From: Acidimicrobiales bacterium
Lineage (GTDB): Bacteria > Actinomycetota > Acidimicrobiia > Acidimicrobiales > Poriferisodalaceae
Length of the DNA stretch: 64,000 nucleotides
Assembly: GCA_965116715.1 (NCBI GenBank)
Contig: OZ220724.1
Span: 156,963-220,962 of the forward strand
Direction: 5' to 3'
How positions within the stretch are numbered: position 1 is the stretch's first letter; each line of letters begins with the position of its first letter. The notes under the pieces were generated by a model. That model saw only the letters and a program-made list of their open reading frames with translations, did no database searches and was not told the DNA's origin. Below, one piece after another: positions 28,151 through 39,045 of the stretch. The translations under genes and the position numbers were made by a program.

Positions 28151-30415
28151 CTAGGCGGACCTACTCGCGGTGCCGTTGCGGAAGCCGTCGAGGATGTCGT
28201 TGAACGTGGTGCTGGGCCGCATGGCGGCTTCGGCGAGCGCGGGATCGGGCAGGTAGTAGCCGCCGAGCTCGACTGGCACGCCCTGGCACTCCACGAGCTC
28301 GGCGAGGATCTGACTCTCGTTGGCCGCCAGTGCAGCCGCCAGCGTGGCGAATCGCTCTGCGAGATCGGCGTCGGTCCCTTGGCGGGCCATCTCATCGGCC
28401 CAGTGCTTGGCGAGATGGAAATGGCTGGCCCGGTTGTCGGGCTCGTTCACCCGACGGCTCGGAGCACGGCCCTCGGCCAGCCAGGTGCCGATGGCAGCGT
28501 CGAGCGTGTCCGCGAGCAGCTGCGCAGCGGCGTTGCCGGCCACCCGGGCGAGATGCTCGAGCGAGACCGCCAGTGCGAGGAACTCGCCCAGGCTGTCCCA
28601 CCGCAGGTGGTTCTCGGCCACCATCTGCTGCACGTGCTTGGGCGCCGAACCTCCGGCACCGGTCTCGAAGAGGCCGCCGCCTGCCATGAGCGGCACCACC
28701 GACAGCATCTTGGCCGAGGTGCCCAGTTCGAGGATTGGGAACAGGTCGGTGTTGTAGTCGCGCAGCACGTTGCCAGTCACCGAGATGGTGTCCTCGCCGC
28801 GCCGGATGCGTTCCAGCGAGAAGCGACACGCCTCGGCAGGCGCCAGCGTGCGGATGTCCAGGTCGCCAATGGTCGGGTCTGCACTCCGGCGCTCGCCCAG
28901 GCGGGCGTTGACCTTGGCGAGGAGCTGCCCATCGTGAGGCCGGTCGGCATCCAGCCAGAACGCGACCGCAGCACCAGTGAGCTGGCCTCGTTCGACGGCC
29001 AGGTCCACCCAGTTGGCGATGGCTGCGTCCTTGGTGGTGCACATGCGCCAGATGTCGCCTTCGGCGACCTGGTGGCTCATCAGCACCTCGCCCGATTCGG
29101 TGACGACGCGCATGGTCCCCGCGGTGTCGATCTCGTAGGTCTTGTCGTGGCTGCCGTACTCCTCGGCTTTCTGTGCCATCAGGCCCACGTTGGGCACCGA
29201 TCCCATGGTCGTGGGATCGAATGCGCCATTCGCACGGCAGTCGTCGATGACTGTCTGGAACACGCCCGAGTAGCTGGAGTCGGGGATGACGGCCTTGGTG
29301 TCCTGCTGGTTGCCCTCGGCGTTCCACATCTGGCCCGACGAGCGGATCATTGCCGGCATGGACGCGTCGACGATGACGTCGCTCGGCACATGCAGGTTGG
29401 TGATGCCGCGGTCCGAGTCGACCATGGCCAGCCTGGGGCGCTCGGCGAGCGTGGCGGCGATGTCGGCCTCGATGGCCTCGCGCTGTACTGCGGGCAGCGA
29501 TTCGACGGCGGACAGCACGTTCGCCCAGCCGTCGTTGGGGTCTGCGCCCGCCGCGGCGAGCGCTTCGCCGTGCCGGTCGAACACCGGTGCGAAGAACGCC
29601 CGCACGGCATGCCCGAAGACGATCGGGTCGGAGACCTTCATCATGGTGGCCTTCAGGTGCAGCGAGAACAGCACGCCGCCCGAGCGGGCGTCGGCAATCT
29701 GCTCGTCGAGGAACTCGCGCAGTGCGGCGACCGACATGAAGGTGGAGTCGACGACATCGCCGGCACCTACCGGGACCTTGCGCATCAGGCGCACGTTCCC
29801 CTCGTCGTCCACGTGCTCGATGCTCAGTGAGCCTGCACCGTCTGCGGTGACCGACTGCTCATTGGAGCGGAAATCGCCGCCGGACATCGTCGACACGTGG
29901 CTGCGGCTCTGCTGCGACCAGGCGCCCATGGAGTGGGGGTACTGGCGCGCGTACTCCTTGACGGCGCGGGGCGCGCGGCGATCGGAGTTGCCCTCGCGCA
30001 GCACCGGGTTCACCGCCGAGCCCTTCACGCGGTCAAAGCGCTCGCGGATCTCATGCTCGGAGGCGTCTGCGGGGTCGTCGGGATAGTCGGGGACTGCGTA
30101 GCCCTTCGATTGCAGCTCGACGACGGCGTCCTTGAGCTGGGGGACCGAGGCGGAGATGTTCGGCAGCTTGATGATGTTGGCGCCGCGATCGTGGGTCCAC
30201 TCGCCGAGTTCGCCGAGCGCATCGCCGATTCGCTGGTGGGGCTCGAGCATGTCGCCGAAAGCCGCGATGATCCGCCCTGCCAGCGAGATGTCGCGTGTCT
30301 CGACGTCGATGCCTGCGGCATCGGTGAACGCCGTGATGATCGGCAGCAGCGAGTAGGTGGCCAGCGCCGGTGCCTCGTCGGTGTGCGTGTAGACGATCTT
30401 CGATGTCGAGTTCAC
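28151..30415 (-). CDS. icd: monomeric NADP-dependent isocitrate dehydrogenase
   Basis: It is 754 aa long. The N-terminus [21 protein letters not shown] is typical of monomeric IDH. Confidence 0.9.
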   Translation of the reverse strand: MNSTSKIVYTHTDEAPALATYSLLPIITAFTDAAGIDVETRDISLAGRIIAAFGDMLEPHQRIGDALGELGEWTHDRGANIIKLPNISASVPQLKDAVVELQSKGYAVPDYPDDPADASEHEIRERFDRVKGSAVNPVLREGNSDRRAPRAVKEYARQYPHSMGAWSQQSRSHVSTMSGGDFRSNEQSVTADGAGSLSIEHVDDEGNVRLMRKVPVGAGDVVDSTFMSVAALREFLDEQIADARSGGVLFSLHLKATMMKVSDPIVFGHAVRAFFAPVFDRHGEALAAAGADPNDGWANVLSAVESLPAVQREAIEADIAATLAERPRLAMVDSDRGITNLHVPSDVIVDASMPAMIRSSGQMWNAEGNQQDTKAVIPDSSYSGVFQTVIDDCRANGAFDPTTMGSVPNVGLMAQKAEEYGSHDKTYEIDTAGTMRVVTESGEVLMSHQVAEGDIWRMCTTKDAAIANWVDLAVERGQLTGAAVAFWLDADRPHDGQLLAKVNARLGERRSADPTIGDLDIRTLAPAEACRFSLERIRRGEDTISVTGNVLRDYNTDLFPILELGTSAKMLSVVPLMAGGGLFETGAGGSAPKHVQQMVAENHLRWDSLGEFLALAVSLEHLARVAGNAAAQLLADTLDAAIGTWLAEGRAPSRRVNEPDNRASHFHLAKHWADEMARQGTDADLAERFATLAAALAANESQILAELVECQGVPVELGGYYLPDPALAEAAMRPSTTFNDILDGFRNGTASRSA

Positions 30416-30582
30416 GGCACGCTCCTGATTCGTTGCATTCGTCGGGTGCCCCTCAGCGGGCGCCGAAGGTGTCGGGACGGCGATGCGACGCTACCGCGAG
30501 CCTGTGACAGGCTGCGGGGAGACCTGTGCGCAATCGTTCCGTGGGCGCGTGCGGGCGCTGAGTCGGCCCGCGGGTGCGGCGT

Positions 30583-32136
30583 TCAGCCAGCCACGTGCGC
30601 CGCGGCGGAGCTTCCCGCCAGGCGGCCGAACACTGCCCCTGCCGAGAGGCCCGAGCCTCCCGGGTAGTTGCCGTAGAACAGGCCGCCCACCAGCTCGCCT
30701 GCGGCATAGAGGCCGGTGATCGGGCGCAGGTCGGTGTCCATCACGCATCCGGTCTGGTCGATGCGCAGGCCGCCGAATGTGAAGGTCAGCCCGCATGTGA
30801 CTCTGAACGCAGTGAAGGGCGGCGTCTCGATCGGCATCGCCCAGTTGGTCTTGTCGGGGCTCAGGCCCCTGGTGCGGCGGCCATCGAGCACGTTCGGATT
30901 GAATTCGACGCTGCGGTCCACGGCAGCGTTGAACTCGGCGATGGTCGCGAGTGCCCCTTCGGTGTGCACGTCCTCCATGCGGGCGCAGAGCTCTTCGATG
31001 GTGTTCGCGGTCACCTTGGTGACCTGGCGGATGCGGTACTCGTCGCGCAGCAGGTGACCGGTGCTGGCGTCGAAGACCTGCCAGGCCGAGTGCCCCGGCT
31101 GGGCCAGGATCTCCCGTCCGTAGCGGGCGTAGGTGTAGTTGCGGAAGTCGGCGCCCTCGTCCACGAAGCGCTCACCCTGCTGGTTCAGCACTATCGCGAA
31201 CGGGTAGCTGTGCTTCTGGAAGCCGTCGCCCACGGCGAGGTCGCCGAACTCGGGCGCGTTGTAGTCCCAGGCCACGGCGTGGGCGCCGCTCCAGTTGCCG
31301 TACGGCATTGCGCCGGCCTCGAGCGCCATGGCGATGCCGTCGCCGGTGTTGAAGCGGGTGCCGCGCACCTTGGCGAGATCCCAGCCCGGGCCGAGGTAGC
31401 GGGTGCGCCACTCGGCGTTGGCTTGGAATCCGCCGGCTGCCAGCACGACTGCGCTGCATGCGACATCGACCGTGCGCACTCCTGCACGCGCAGCCGTGTC
31501 TGCCTCGGGCCCGTCAGTGCCGTGCAGCCGAACTCGGAGGCCGCACACGGCTCCGGCGTCATCAGTCAGCAGCGAACGCGCCGCAGCCTCGTGCCACAGA
31601 TCGATCTCGTTGCGGGCCAGCGCCGCTCGCAGCGATTCCACGAGACCCTCGCCGCCGCCCACTGACTCCACCGTGAGGCCGCCCCAGAACCTGAAGCGCC
31701 CGTCCACCTTGAAGGCCTGGCGTCCCCAGATCGGCGCGAAGCGCACGCCGTGGCTGGCCATCCACATCAGCGTGTCCTTGCTGCGGGTGACGAGCGTGTC
31801 AGCCAGCTCAGGATCGCAGCGGTAGTCGGTGATGCGGCCGAGATCGGCGTAGAACTGCTCCTCGGTGTAGGTGCCGAAGTCGGTCATCTCCACTTCGGCG
31901 TCGGTGAGATCGGGCATCAGCGCACGCAGGTCCTCGACACCGTCGTAGGCGCAGCGGATCGCACCGGCGGTGAAGCGGCTGTTGCCGCCGGCTTCGGCCT
32001 CGGGCGCTCGCTCCAGCACCAGCACCCTGGCGCCGCCCTCGCAGGCGGCCAGAGCGGCGCACATGGCCGCATTGCCAGCGCCGACGACCACCACGTCGTA
32101 GCGCTGTGCTTGCGGGGTCCCACCGGTCTCGCTCAC
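30583..32136 (-). CDS. FAD-binding dehydrogenase (TcuA / fumarate-reductase flavoprotein-like)
   Basis: A dinucleotide fold (YDVVVVGAGNAAMCAALAA) and a C-terminal GLYAAGE motif are present. The GTG 32136 start was chosen, and its RBS is weak. Confidence 0.7.
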   Translation of the reverse strand: MSETGGTPQAQRYDVVVVGAGNAAMCAALAACEGGARVLVLERAPEAEAGGNSRFTAGAIRCAYDGVEDLRALMPDLTDAEVEMTDFGTYTEEQFYADLGRITDYRCDPELADTLVTRSKDTLMWMASHGVRFAPIWGRQAFKVDGRFRFWGGLTVESVGGGEGLVESLRAALARNEIDLWHEAAARSLLTDDAGAVCGLRVRLHGTDGPEADTAARAGVRTVDVACSAVVLAAGGFQANAEWRTRYLGPGWDLAKVRGTRFNTGDGIAMALEAGAMPYGNWSGAHAVAWDYNAPEFGDLAVGDGFQKHSYPFAIVLNQQGERFVDEGADFRNYTYARYGREILAQPGHSAWQVFDASTGHLLRDEYRIRQVTKVTANTIEELCARMEDVHTEGALATIAEFNAAVDRSVEFNPNVLDGRRTRGLSPDKTNWAMPIETPPFTAFRVTCGLTFTFGGLRIDQTGCVMDTDLRPITGLYAAGELVGGLFYGNYPGGSGLSAGAVFGRLAGSSAAAHVAG

Positions 32137-32238
32137 GCCGGGCGAGCCTATGTGGGCTGTCTGCTCAGCGCCCGCAGCGCGTCGAATCCCCTCTGCATCG
32201 GATCGGTGCACGCCGCACTGGCGACCTACGCTGCGGCG

Positions 32239-33393
32239 ATGAGCGAGACCCAGACTTCCGAGGCCGGCTCTGATGCGCCGGTGGTGATCGACCACGAACG
32301 CCTGGCGAGCTTCATCGCCGAGATCTTCCGCCATACGGGATGTTCAGATGCCGAATCAGAGCGGATCGGCACGAGCCTCGTGGGCGCCAACCTTGCGGGC
32401 CACGACAGCCACGGGGTGATCCGCTCCGCGCTGTATGTGGAGCTGTTGGCGAATGGCGTTCAGCTCGCCGATCAGGAGATCAAGGTGCTGATCGACTCGG
32501 GTGCCCTGCTGCTGGTGGACGGTCAGTACGGCATGGGCCAGACCGTCGGGCCTGCCGCAGTCGAGCTGGGCATCGAGCGCTGTTCCGAACTCGGCGTTGC
32601 GGTGGTGGGATTGCGCAACGCCGGCCATCTCGGCCGCATCGGCGAGTACGCCGAGATGGCTGCCGCCGAAGGCCTGGTCTCGGTGCATTTCGTGAACGTG
32701 GCCAACAGCCGGCTGGTGGCGCCGTTCGGCGCCAAGGCGCGGCGGATGGGCACCAATCCCTGCGCCTATGGCGCACCTGTCGCCGGACGCCGCCCCGTCA
32801 TCCACGACTTCGCGACGTCCGTCGTGGCCGAGGGCAAGGCCATGGTGGCGCTGCACGGCGGGCCGGCCGTGCCCAGCAATGCCCTGGTGTCCGGTGACGG
32901 CGAGATCACCGGCGATCCGCGGGTGCTGTACACGTTCGAAGAGGGCCAGCGACCGAATTCGATGGACGGACCGGGTGCGCTGCGGGCGATGGGCGAACAC
33001 AAGGGCTCGGGCATCTCGGTGATGTGCGAGCTGCTGGCCGGTGCGCTCACCGGCACGGGCACAGCAGGGCCGCGTCGGGTTCGCTTCGCCAACGGCATGC
33101 TCTCGGTGTACGTCGACCCGTCCCAGATCGACCCGTCGCACTCGGAGTCAGGCGTCGGCGAGACCGACGACGGGTACCACGGCATCGCAGCGGACTATCT
33201 CGACTGGTTCTACGACGCCGACGCGATCGATCCCGACGAAGGGGTGAAGCTGCCCGGCGATGTCGAGCACGAGCGGCGGCAGCACCGCATGGCCAACGGC
33301 ATCACCCTTCCCGCCGAGACCTGGGAGAGCATCTGCGGGGGCGCCCGCGCCGCCGGCGTCCCCGAAGCAACGATCGCGGCTGCCGCCGGCTGA
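32239..33393 (+). CDS. Ldh2-family (malate/L-lactate/sulfolactate-type) dehydrogenase
   Basis: The motifs GHDSHGV, NAGHLGRIGEYAE and EHKGSGISVMCELLAG are present. The upstream part of the track ORF is antisense to the neighbouring gene. Confidence 0.8.
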   Translation: MSETQTSEAGSDAPVVIDHERLASFIAEIFRHTGCSDAESERIGTSLVGANLAGHDSHGVIRSALYVELLANGVQLADQEIKVLIDSGALLLVDGQYGMGQTVGPAAVELGIERCSELGVAVVGLRNAGHLGRIGEYAEMAAAEGLVSVHFVNVANSRLVAPFGAKARRMGTNPCAYGAPVAGRRPVIHDFATSVVAEGKAMVALHGGPAVPSNALVSGDGEITGDPRVLYTFEEGQRPNSMDGPGALRAMGEHKGSGISVMCELLAGALTGTGTAGPRRVRFANGMLSVYVDPSQIDPSHSESGVGETDDGYHGIAADYLDWFYDADAIDPDEGVKLPGDVEHERRQHRMANGITLPAETWESICGGARAAGVPEATIAAAAG

Positions 33394-33417
33394 ACGCGGC
33401 GCGCCGACGCAGCGGCG

Positions 33418-34275
33418 CTACTCGTCCAAGGTGGGGCCCGTGCCTTGGACGCGGGTCTGGCGCATGTAGCGGCGCCAGCGGTCGGCGTCGTAGCCGGCGC
33501 CGCGGTGCAGCAGGCAGCGGTTGTCGTAGATGACGACGTCGCCGGGGCTCCAGCGGTGCGCGTACTCGTCCTGGGGACGGGTGGCGGCTTCGTTCAGCTC
33601 GTCGATGAGCCGGCGGCTGTCGACGCCGTGCCAGCCGACGATCGACCGGGCGTGCGAGCCGGCGTAGTAGTTCCGCAGGCCGTTGGCGGGGTTGGTGCGC
33701 ACGAGCCGCTGGGGGATCGGCGGCAGCGAGGCAGCGTGGTTCGGATCCACCGGGGCGACCTGGGTGCGGCTGAACACGTAGTCGTGCAGCACCACCAGGT
33801 CGTCGATCTCGGCCTGGCGCTCGGCGCTGAGCCTGGCGTACGCGGCGCGCTGGCTGGCATACAGCGTCTCGCCGCCCTCGCCGGGCACCTCGTAGGCGCA
33901 CAGGATCGACACGTACGACGGCACGAGGCGGAACGACGAGTCCGAGTGCCAGAGGTTGTTGCCCTTCTGGTTCTGCGTCAGCGGGTGGTTCTCGTCGCGC
34001 TTGGCGTCGGAGTCGATGACGTTGCCGATCGTGCCGAAGTACTCAACCTTGCCCGTCTTGCCGAAGACCACATGGTTCGGCTCGGGTTCGCCGAGGCTGC
34101 GCGTGAGCGCCAGCTGCGCCTCGTCGGACATCTGCTGGTCCACGAAATGCAGCAGCGAGTACGTGTCGACGGCTTCGTGCAACTCGGCAACCGCCGCTGC
34201 TCCGAGCGGCTGCGACAGGTCGAAGCCGCTGACCTTGGCGCCGAAATCGGGATGGATGGGCTCGAACGTCAGCAC
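33418..34275 (-). CDS. TauD/TfdA-family Fe(II)/2-oxoglutarate dioxygenase
   Basis: WHSDSSF (HxD) and a downstream His-containing segment (LHDYVF) are candidates for the 2-His-1-carboxylate facial triad; the distal iron-ligand His was not pinned down. GGGGAGG precedes GTG 34275. Confidence 0.8.
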   Translation of the reverse strand: MLTFEPIHPDFGAKVSGFDLSQPLGAAAVAELHEAVDTYSLLHFVDQQMSDEAQLALTRSLGEPEPNHVVFGKTGKVEYFGTIGNVIDSDAKRDENHPLTQNQKGNNLWHSDSSFRLVPSYVSILCAYEVPGEGGETLYASQRAAYARLSAERQAEIDDLVVLHDYVFSRTQVAPVDPNHAASLPPIPQRLVRTNPANGLRNYYAGSHARSIVGWHGVDSRRLIDELNEAATRPQDEYAHRWSPGDVVIYDNRCLLHRGAGYDADRWRRYMRQTRVQGTGPTLDE

Positions 34276-34342
34276 TGGCGCCTCCCCTCGTTGATCGGCA
34301 CAGCAGCCCCGGCCGTCAATTCTGGCCGACAGTCGCTGGCCG

Positions 34343-36457
34343 TCAGCTCTCGTGGCGGGCCAGCGAGACGCCCTCGGCAGCCAGCCGCTCCAGCAGCGGG
34401 CTCGGCGTCCAGTGGTCGCCGCCCAGGGTCTCGTCGTAGTGACGGATGCGACCCAGCACCTCGTCCAGCCCGATCTCGTCGGCCCAGTACATCGGCCCGC
34501 CGGTGTAGATCGGCCAGCCGTAGCCGTTGATCCAGGTGACGTCCACGTCGCTGCCCCGCAGCGCGATGCCCTCGTCGAGGATCTTGGCGCCCTCGTTGAC
34601 CATCGGGTACAGGCAGCGTTCGAGGATCTCCTGGTCGGTGACATCCCGCAGCACGGCCCCTCGCGCAGCGGCGAAGTCGCGGATGATCTGCTCGACCTCG
34701 GGGTCGGGGGTGGATGCCCGGGTGTCGGGGTCGTAGGTGTAGTAGCCGCGGCCGTTCTTCTGGCCCCGACGGCCCGACTCGCACAGCACCTCCCGCACGG
34801 TCGAGCTCGACGAGGTTGCCTCGTTCCAGCCGACGTCGAGCCCGGCCAGGTCGCTCATGGCGAACGGCCCCATGGGGAAGCCGAAGTCGTACACAACCTT
34901 GTCGATCTGGGCCGGTGTGGCGCCCTCCAGCAGCATCTTCTCGGCCTCGATGCCCCGCATGAACAGCATCCGGTTGCCGATGAATCCGTAGCAGACGCCG
35001 CACAGCACCGGCGTCTTGCCGATGCGCTTGCCAATCGACATGGCAGTGGCGATGGCAGTGTGCGAGGTGGCGTCGCCGCGCACGACTTCGAGCATCCGCA
35101 TGACGTTGGCGGGGGAGAAGAAGTGCATGCCCACGACGGCCTCGGGCCGTGACGTGGCCGATGCAATCTCGTTGACATTGAGCGCAGAGGTGTTGCTGGC
35201 CAGCACGGCGCCCGGTTTGCAGATCGCATCGAGTTGAGCGAACACGTCCTTCTTGAGGTCCATGTTCTCGAAGACGGCCTCGATCATCAGGTCGCAGTCG
35301 GCGAAGTCGCCCATGTCGGTCGAGCCAGACAGCAGGTCCATGCGGGTCTGCACGTCGTCGGAGGAGATGCCGCCCCGCGCCGCGGTCCGCTCGTAGTTCC
35401 GCCGCACCACGCCGAGGCCGCGCTCGAGGCTGGCTTCGTCGCGCTCCACGAGCGTGACCGGGATGCCGATGTTGGCGAAGTTCATGGCGATGCCGCCGCC
35501 CATCGTGCCGGCGCCCAGGATGCCGACACGCGCGATGTCCACCTGTGGCGTGTCGCGGGGCACGTCGGGCACCTTCTGGGCTGCTCGCTCGGCGAAGAAG
35601 TAGTACTGCTGGGCGTTGGCCTGCGAGCTGCCCATCAGCTCGCCGAAGATGCGCTGCTCGGCGGCGAGTCCCGCCTCGAAGTCGCCGCTCGCGCCGGTTT
35701 CGACTGCTGCCTCCACGCAGCGGACGATGCAGTCGGGTGCTTCGAAGCCGCGCGTCCGGCGGGCGATCGAGGCCCGGAAGGCGGCGAACTGCTCGGCGCC
35801 GAAGCCTTCGAGGCGATCGTTGCGGTCGCGGATGCGCGGGCGTGGCATGCCTTCTGCGACCGCCCGTCGGGCGAACGCCACCGCCCCAGCTTCGAGTTCG
35901 GCCAGCGATTCGCCGACGATCTCGTTGATCAGGCCGCATTCGAGCGCCTCAGATGCGCCGATGGGATCGCCGCTGACGATGATCTCGAGCGCCCGCTGCG
36001 GACCGGTGATGCGCGGCAGGCGCTGGGTACCGCCACCGCCCGGCAGCAGGCCCAGTTTCACCTCGGGCAGGCCGAACTGTGCCGAGCTGATCGCGACGCG
36101 GAAGTGCGCGCACAGCGCCACCTCCAGCCCGCCGCCGAGCGCTGTGCCGTGAATGGCGGCCACCACGGGCTTGCTGCAGTTCTCCATGGCTTCCTGCCCG
36201 GGCACCAGGCCCGGCGGTTTGGGCGGCTGGGAGAACTCGGTGATGTCTGCACCGGCGATGAAGGTCCGCCCGTCACAGATGAGCACGATGGCGGTCGCGT
36301 CGCTGGCTTCCGCTGCAGCCATGCCGTCGATGAGGCCCTGGCGCACGTGGTAGCTCAGCGCGTTGACGGGAGGGTTGTTGACGATGAGCAATGCCACGTC
36401 GTCGCGGCGCTCAAGGCGGACTGACTCGGTGATCTGGCTCTGATCCTGGGTTGTCAT
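34343..36457 (-). CDS. fused enoyl-CoA hydratase / 3-hydroxyacyl-CoA dehydrogenase (FadB/FadJ-like)
   Basis: A crotonase N-terminal domain (NNPPVNAL) is joined to an NAD-binding [14 protein letters not shown] domain. The start is set at MTTQDQ. Confidence 0.85.
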   Translation of the reverse strand: MTTQDQSQITESVRLERRDDVALLIVNNPPVNALSYHVRQGLIDGMAAAEASDATAIVLICDGRTFIAGADITEFSQPPKPPGLVPGQEAMENCSKPVVAAIHGTALGGGLEVALCAHFRVAISSAQFGLPEVKLGLLPGGGGTQRLPRITGPQRALEIIVSGDPIGASEALECGLINEIVGESLAELEAGAVAFARRAVAEGMPRPRIRDRNDRLEGFGAEQFAAFRASIARRTRGFEAPDCIVRCVEAAVETGASGDFEAGLAAEQRIFGELMGSSQANAQQYYFFAERAAQKVPDVPRDTPQVDIARVGILGAGTMGGGIAMNFANIGIPVTLVERDEASLERGLGVVRRNYERTAARGGISSDDVQTRMDLLSGSTDMGDFADCDLMIEAVFENMDLKKDVFAQLDAICKPGAVLASNTSALNVNEIASATSRPEAVVGMHFFSPANVMRMLEVVRGDATSHTAIATAMSIGKRIGKTPVLCGVCYGFIGNRMLFMRGIEAEKMLLEGATPAQIDKVVYDFGFPMGPFAMSDLAGLDVGWNEATSSSSTVREVLCESGRRGQKNGRGYYTYDPDTRASTPDPEVEQIIRDFAAARGAVLRDVTDQEILERCLYPMVNEGAKILDEGIALRGSDVDVTWINGYGWPIYTGGPMYWADEIGLDEVLGRIRHYDETLGGDHWTPSPLLERLAAEGVSLARHES

Positions 36458-36555
36458 GGGCCGCAGCGTACGCAACGACAGCCCTGCACGACCGGGCCAC
36501 GACATGCGAACCCAAATTCTCCCCGGTGCGGGTGGAGCCCGGCGATACGATTCGC

Positions 36556-37629
36556 ATGACTCGGGTGCTGCTGCGGCTCCGAGACACTTCAGATGGAGCG
36601 CCGGTGACCGAAAAGCCCGACCCGTTCACGGTCCCGTTCGGGACCATCTTCTGCGACTGGATGACGACGGCGCGCGCCGATGACGGGCCGTACGTCTACG
36701 GGGGCGTAGCAGAGCCCTTCGGCGATTTCTCGATCAGCCCCGCGGCGCATGTGCTGCACTACGGCAGCGCCATCTTCGAAGGGCTCAAGGCACACCGTCA
36801 GGTCGATGGGTCATTGGCGATCTTCCGGCTGGACAGCCATGTCGCCCGCATGGTCGCGAGCGCGGAACGGCTGCGGCTGCCAGCCATTGACGGCGACGTG
36901 CTGCATCAGATGTCCATTGATGCAGTCGAGGCGAATGCCGGCGAAGTGCCCGATCCGCCCGGATCGCTGTACATCCGCCCGACGCTGATCGGCACCGAGC
37001 CCGACATCGGCGCCGCAGCCCGCCCGACTCGCAGCGCGCTGCTCTATGTTGTGAACTGCCCGGTGGGCGACTACTTCAAGGGCGGCGTTCGGCCCCTCAC
37101 CTTGCTGGTGGAGACCGAGATTCCCCGCACGGTCCCGCAGTTCGGCATGGTGAAGTGCGGCGGGAACTACGCGATGGCGCTCGCACCGACGCTCGATGCG
37201 ATGGCCGGCAACGAGGCCATCGATCAGATGCTGTTCGCCACGGATGGGGACATCACCGAGACCGGGGCGTCGAACTTCTTCCTGGCTGACGACGAGCGAG
37301 TGGTGACCCGCCATCTCGACGAGTCGTTCCTGCACGGCGTCACCCGTGCGTCGGTGATCGAGCTCGCTGCCTCTCTGGGCTACGAGGTCGAGGAGCGGTC
37401 GATCGACCCCGAGGAACTCGTTGACTGGGCTGAGCGAGGAGAGGCCTTCCTGTCCGGAACCGCCGCGGTGCTCGCGCCCGTCGGCACCATCCTGTACGAG
37501 GGCAAGACGCTCACCGTGGGCGACGGTCAGCCGGGTCACAACACCATGCGGCTGCGCCAGGCACTCGTCGACATCCAGATCGGCGCTGCGCCCGACCCCT
37601 TCGGCTGGCGCACGCCGGTGAAGGGCTGA
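36556..37629 (+). CDS. ilvE: branched-chain amino acid aminotransferase (fold type IV)
   Basis: The motifs YGSAIFEGLKA, IRPTLIG, KCGGNYA and TGASNFF are class IV aminotransferase motifs. Confidence 0.85.
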   Translation: MTRVLLRLRDTSDGAPVTEKPDPFTVPFGTIFCDWMTTARADDGPYVYGGVAEPFGDFSISPAAHVLHYGSAIFEGLKAHRQVDGSLAIFRLDSHVARMVASAERLRLPAIDGDVLHQMSIDAVEANAGEVPDPPGSLYIRPTLIGTEPDIGAAARPTRSALLYVVNCPVGDYFKGGVRPLTLLVETEIPRTVPQFGMVKCGGNYAMALAPTLDAMAGNEAIDQMLFATDGDITETGASNFFLADDERVVTRHLDESFLHGVTRASVIELAASLGYEVEERSIDPEELVDWAERGEAFLSGTAAVLAPVGTILYEGKTLTVGDGQPGHNTMRLRQALVDIQIGAAPDPFGWRTPVKG

Positions 37630-37634
37630 GCTTC

Positions 37635-38222
37635 GTGGCCGGCCAGGACGCCGATCGCATCGTGTCCTGGACCGCGATGGAGCACGGGACGGCCGAGGAC
37701 TACGAGTTCCTGGATCAGCAGCACTACGCACACGTCCGATCCGGGCTGGTCGACAACCTGCTGAACATCCTGCAGTGCCTACGCGGACCCACGCTGGGCT
37801 ACCCGATCGATCGCTACGACCACAGCCTGCAATCGGCAACGAGGGCGCTGCGGAATGGCGAATCGACGGACCTGGTGGCCGCGGCCCTGCTGCATGACAT
37901 CGGCGACGCCTTCGCGCCGGAGAATCACAGCGCCGCCGGCGCCGCCGTGCTGCAGCCCTATGTCGACGAGCGCACCCACTGGGTGATCGCCCACCACGGG
38001 CTCTTTCAGGGCTACTACTACTTCCACCACCTCGGCGGCGACCGCGACGCCCGCGAGCGGTACCTGGGATCACCCCACTACGACGCCTGCGTGGATTTCT
38101 GCCAGAACTACGACCAGAACTGCTTCGATCCGAAGTACCCCAACCTGGCGGCAGAGGACTTCCGCCCTCTGCTCGAAGAGGTCTTCAGCCGCCACTCACA
38201 ACTTCCCGCCACTGCCCCCTGA
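37635..38222 (+). CDS. HD-domain protein of the PhnZ/MIOX-like (possible di-iron oxygenase) type
   Basis: HSLQSATRALRNGESTDLVAAALLHDIGD parallels the HSLQ...ALLHDLG motif of PhnZ-type HD proteins. The C-terminal part has YDQNCFDP. Confidence 0.65.
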   Translation: MAGQDADRIVSWTAMEHGTAEDYEFLDQQHYAHVRSGLVDNLLNILQCLRGPTLGYPIDRYDHSLQSATRALRNGESTDLVAAALLHDIGDAFAPENHSAAGAAVLQPYVDERTHWVIAHHGLFQGYYYFHHLGGDRDARERYLGSPHYDACVDFCQNYDQNCFDPKYPNLAAEDFRPLLEEVFSRHSQLPATAP

Positions 38223-38262
38223 TCTGAACGCGGCCAGCACGGCCATCACAGGCTGAGTCGCT

Positions 38263-38652
38263 TCACCACAGGGTGGCGATGGGGAACTCCCCGAACGCCC
38301 GGTCGGCGGTCACGAGGGTCAGCGATTCGCGCTCGGCCTGCGCTGCCAGCATCCGGTCGAACGGATCCTTGTGTGCAGCGTCATAGCTGCCTGCCATCAG
38401 TGCTTGCTCGTGTATGACTGGAAGATGCAAGAAGCCGTCTGCGGTGACTGATGCGCCGAAGTGTGGAACGAGGTCGCTGAATTCACCCAGCCGGTCCATC
38501 CTCGCCTTGGTTGCCATCTCCCATGCGCTCACGGCGCTCGCAAACACCAGGGTTTCCTCGTCTGAGATCGCTTCGCGGGCGACTGCTGAGAGTGACGGAT
38601 GATCAGCCCACCACCACAGCAGCGCATGCGTGTCGAGCAGGAGGTCGTTCAT
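38263..38652 (-). CDS. vapC: type II toxin VapC (PIN domain)
   Basis: The sequence LLLDTHALLWW...DPFDRMLAAQA...LVTAD carries PIN acidic residues. Its ATG overlaps the antitoxin stop (ATGA). Confidence 0.85.
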   Translation of the reverse strand: MNDLLLDTHALLWWWADHPSLSAVAREAISDEETLVFASAVSAWEMATKARMDRLGEFSDLVPHFGASVTADGFLHLPVIHEQALMAGSYDAAHKDPFDRMLAAQAERESLTLVTADRAFGEFPIATLW

Positions 38653-38891
38653 TCGCCCTCCCAAAGGGCGAGTTCATCGTCAGGCAAGGGGTCGAAGAAC
38701 TCCGGCGGGATCTTGATCCCGCGAAACCTGCCAGGCATCCGCCGGGTTGGCGCAGGCACGTACGGCACGAGGCGGGCACACGGCTTGCCCGCCCGCGCTA
38801 TCACGATCTCCTCACCCGCCTCAACTCGGCTGAGCAGCTTCGACAGGTGCGTCTTGGCTTCATGCACATTCACGGTGTGTGATCGTTCCAC
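38649..38891 (-). CDS. Phd/YefM-type antitoxin
   Basis: VNVHEAKTHLSKLLSRVEAGEEIVIARAGKPCARLVP is a typical Phd/YefM N-terminal domain. Confidence 0.8.
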   Translation of the reverse strand: MERSHTVNVHEAKTHLSKLLSRVEAGEEIVIARAGKPCARLVPYVPAPTRRMPGRFRGIKIPPEFFDPLPDDELALWEGE

Positions 38892-38940
38892 AGACTTTCA
38901 GCCCTTTCAAATGATTTTCATTAGTCGTGTCGTTATAAAC

Positions 38941-38961
38941 TTAGTCTAATGACTAGACTAA
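38941..38961. promoter_or_regulatory. palindrome in the AT-rich region upstream of the TA operon (candidate antitoxin operator)
   Basis: TTAGTCTA-atgac-TAGACTAA lies 50-70 nt upstream of the antitoxin start, in the only AT-rich patch of this neighbourhood. Confidence 0.4.
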
Positions 38962-39045
38962 TACCCGAAACGCGCTATGGATCATTCTCAGAACGCGCTG
39001 TGGCGCGTCGCGGGGCCAGCGACACTGCTGCTGGGCAGTGGCGGG

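Noticed and set aside
30505-30520. A short palindrome (CCTGT-G-ACAGG) downstream of the TcuA-like gene.
   Set aside because: With a 5-bp stem and a 1-nt loop it cannot form a stable hairpin. It is probably chance.
36811-38073. A 420-aa minus-strand ORF.
   Set aside because: It is antisense to ilvE and the HD-domain gene. The N-terminal two-thirds is an Arg/Pro/Ser low-complexity string.
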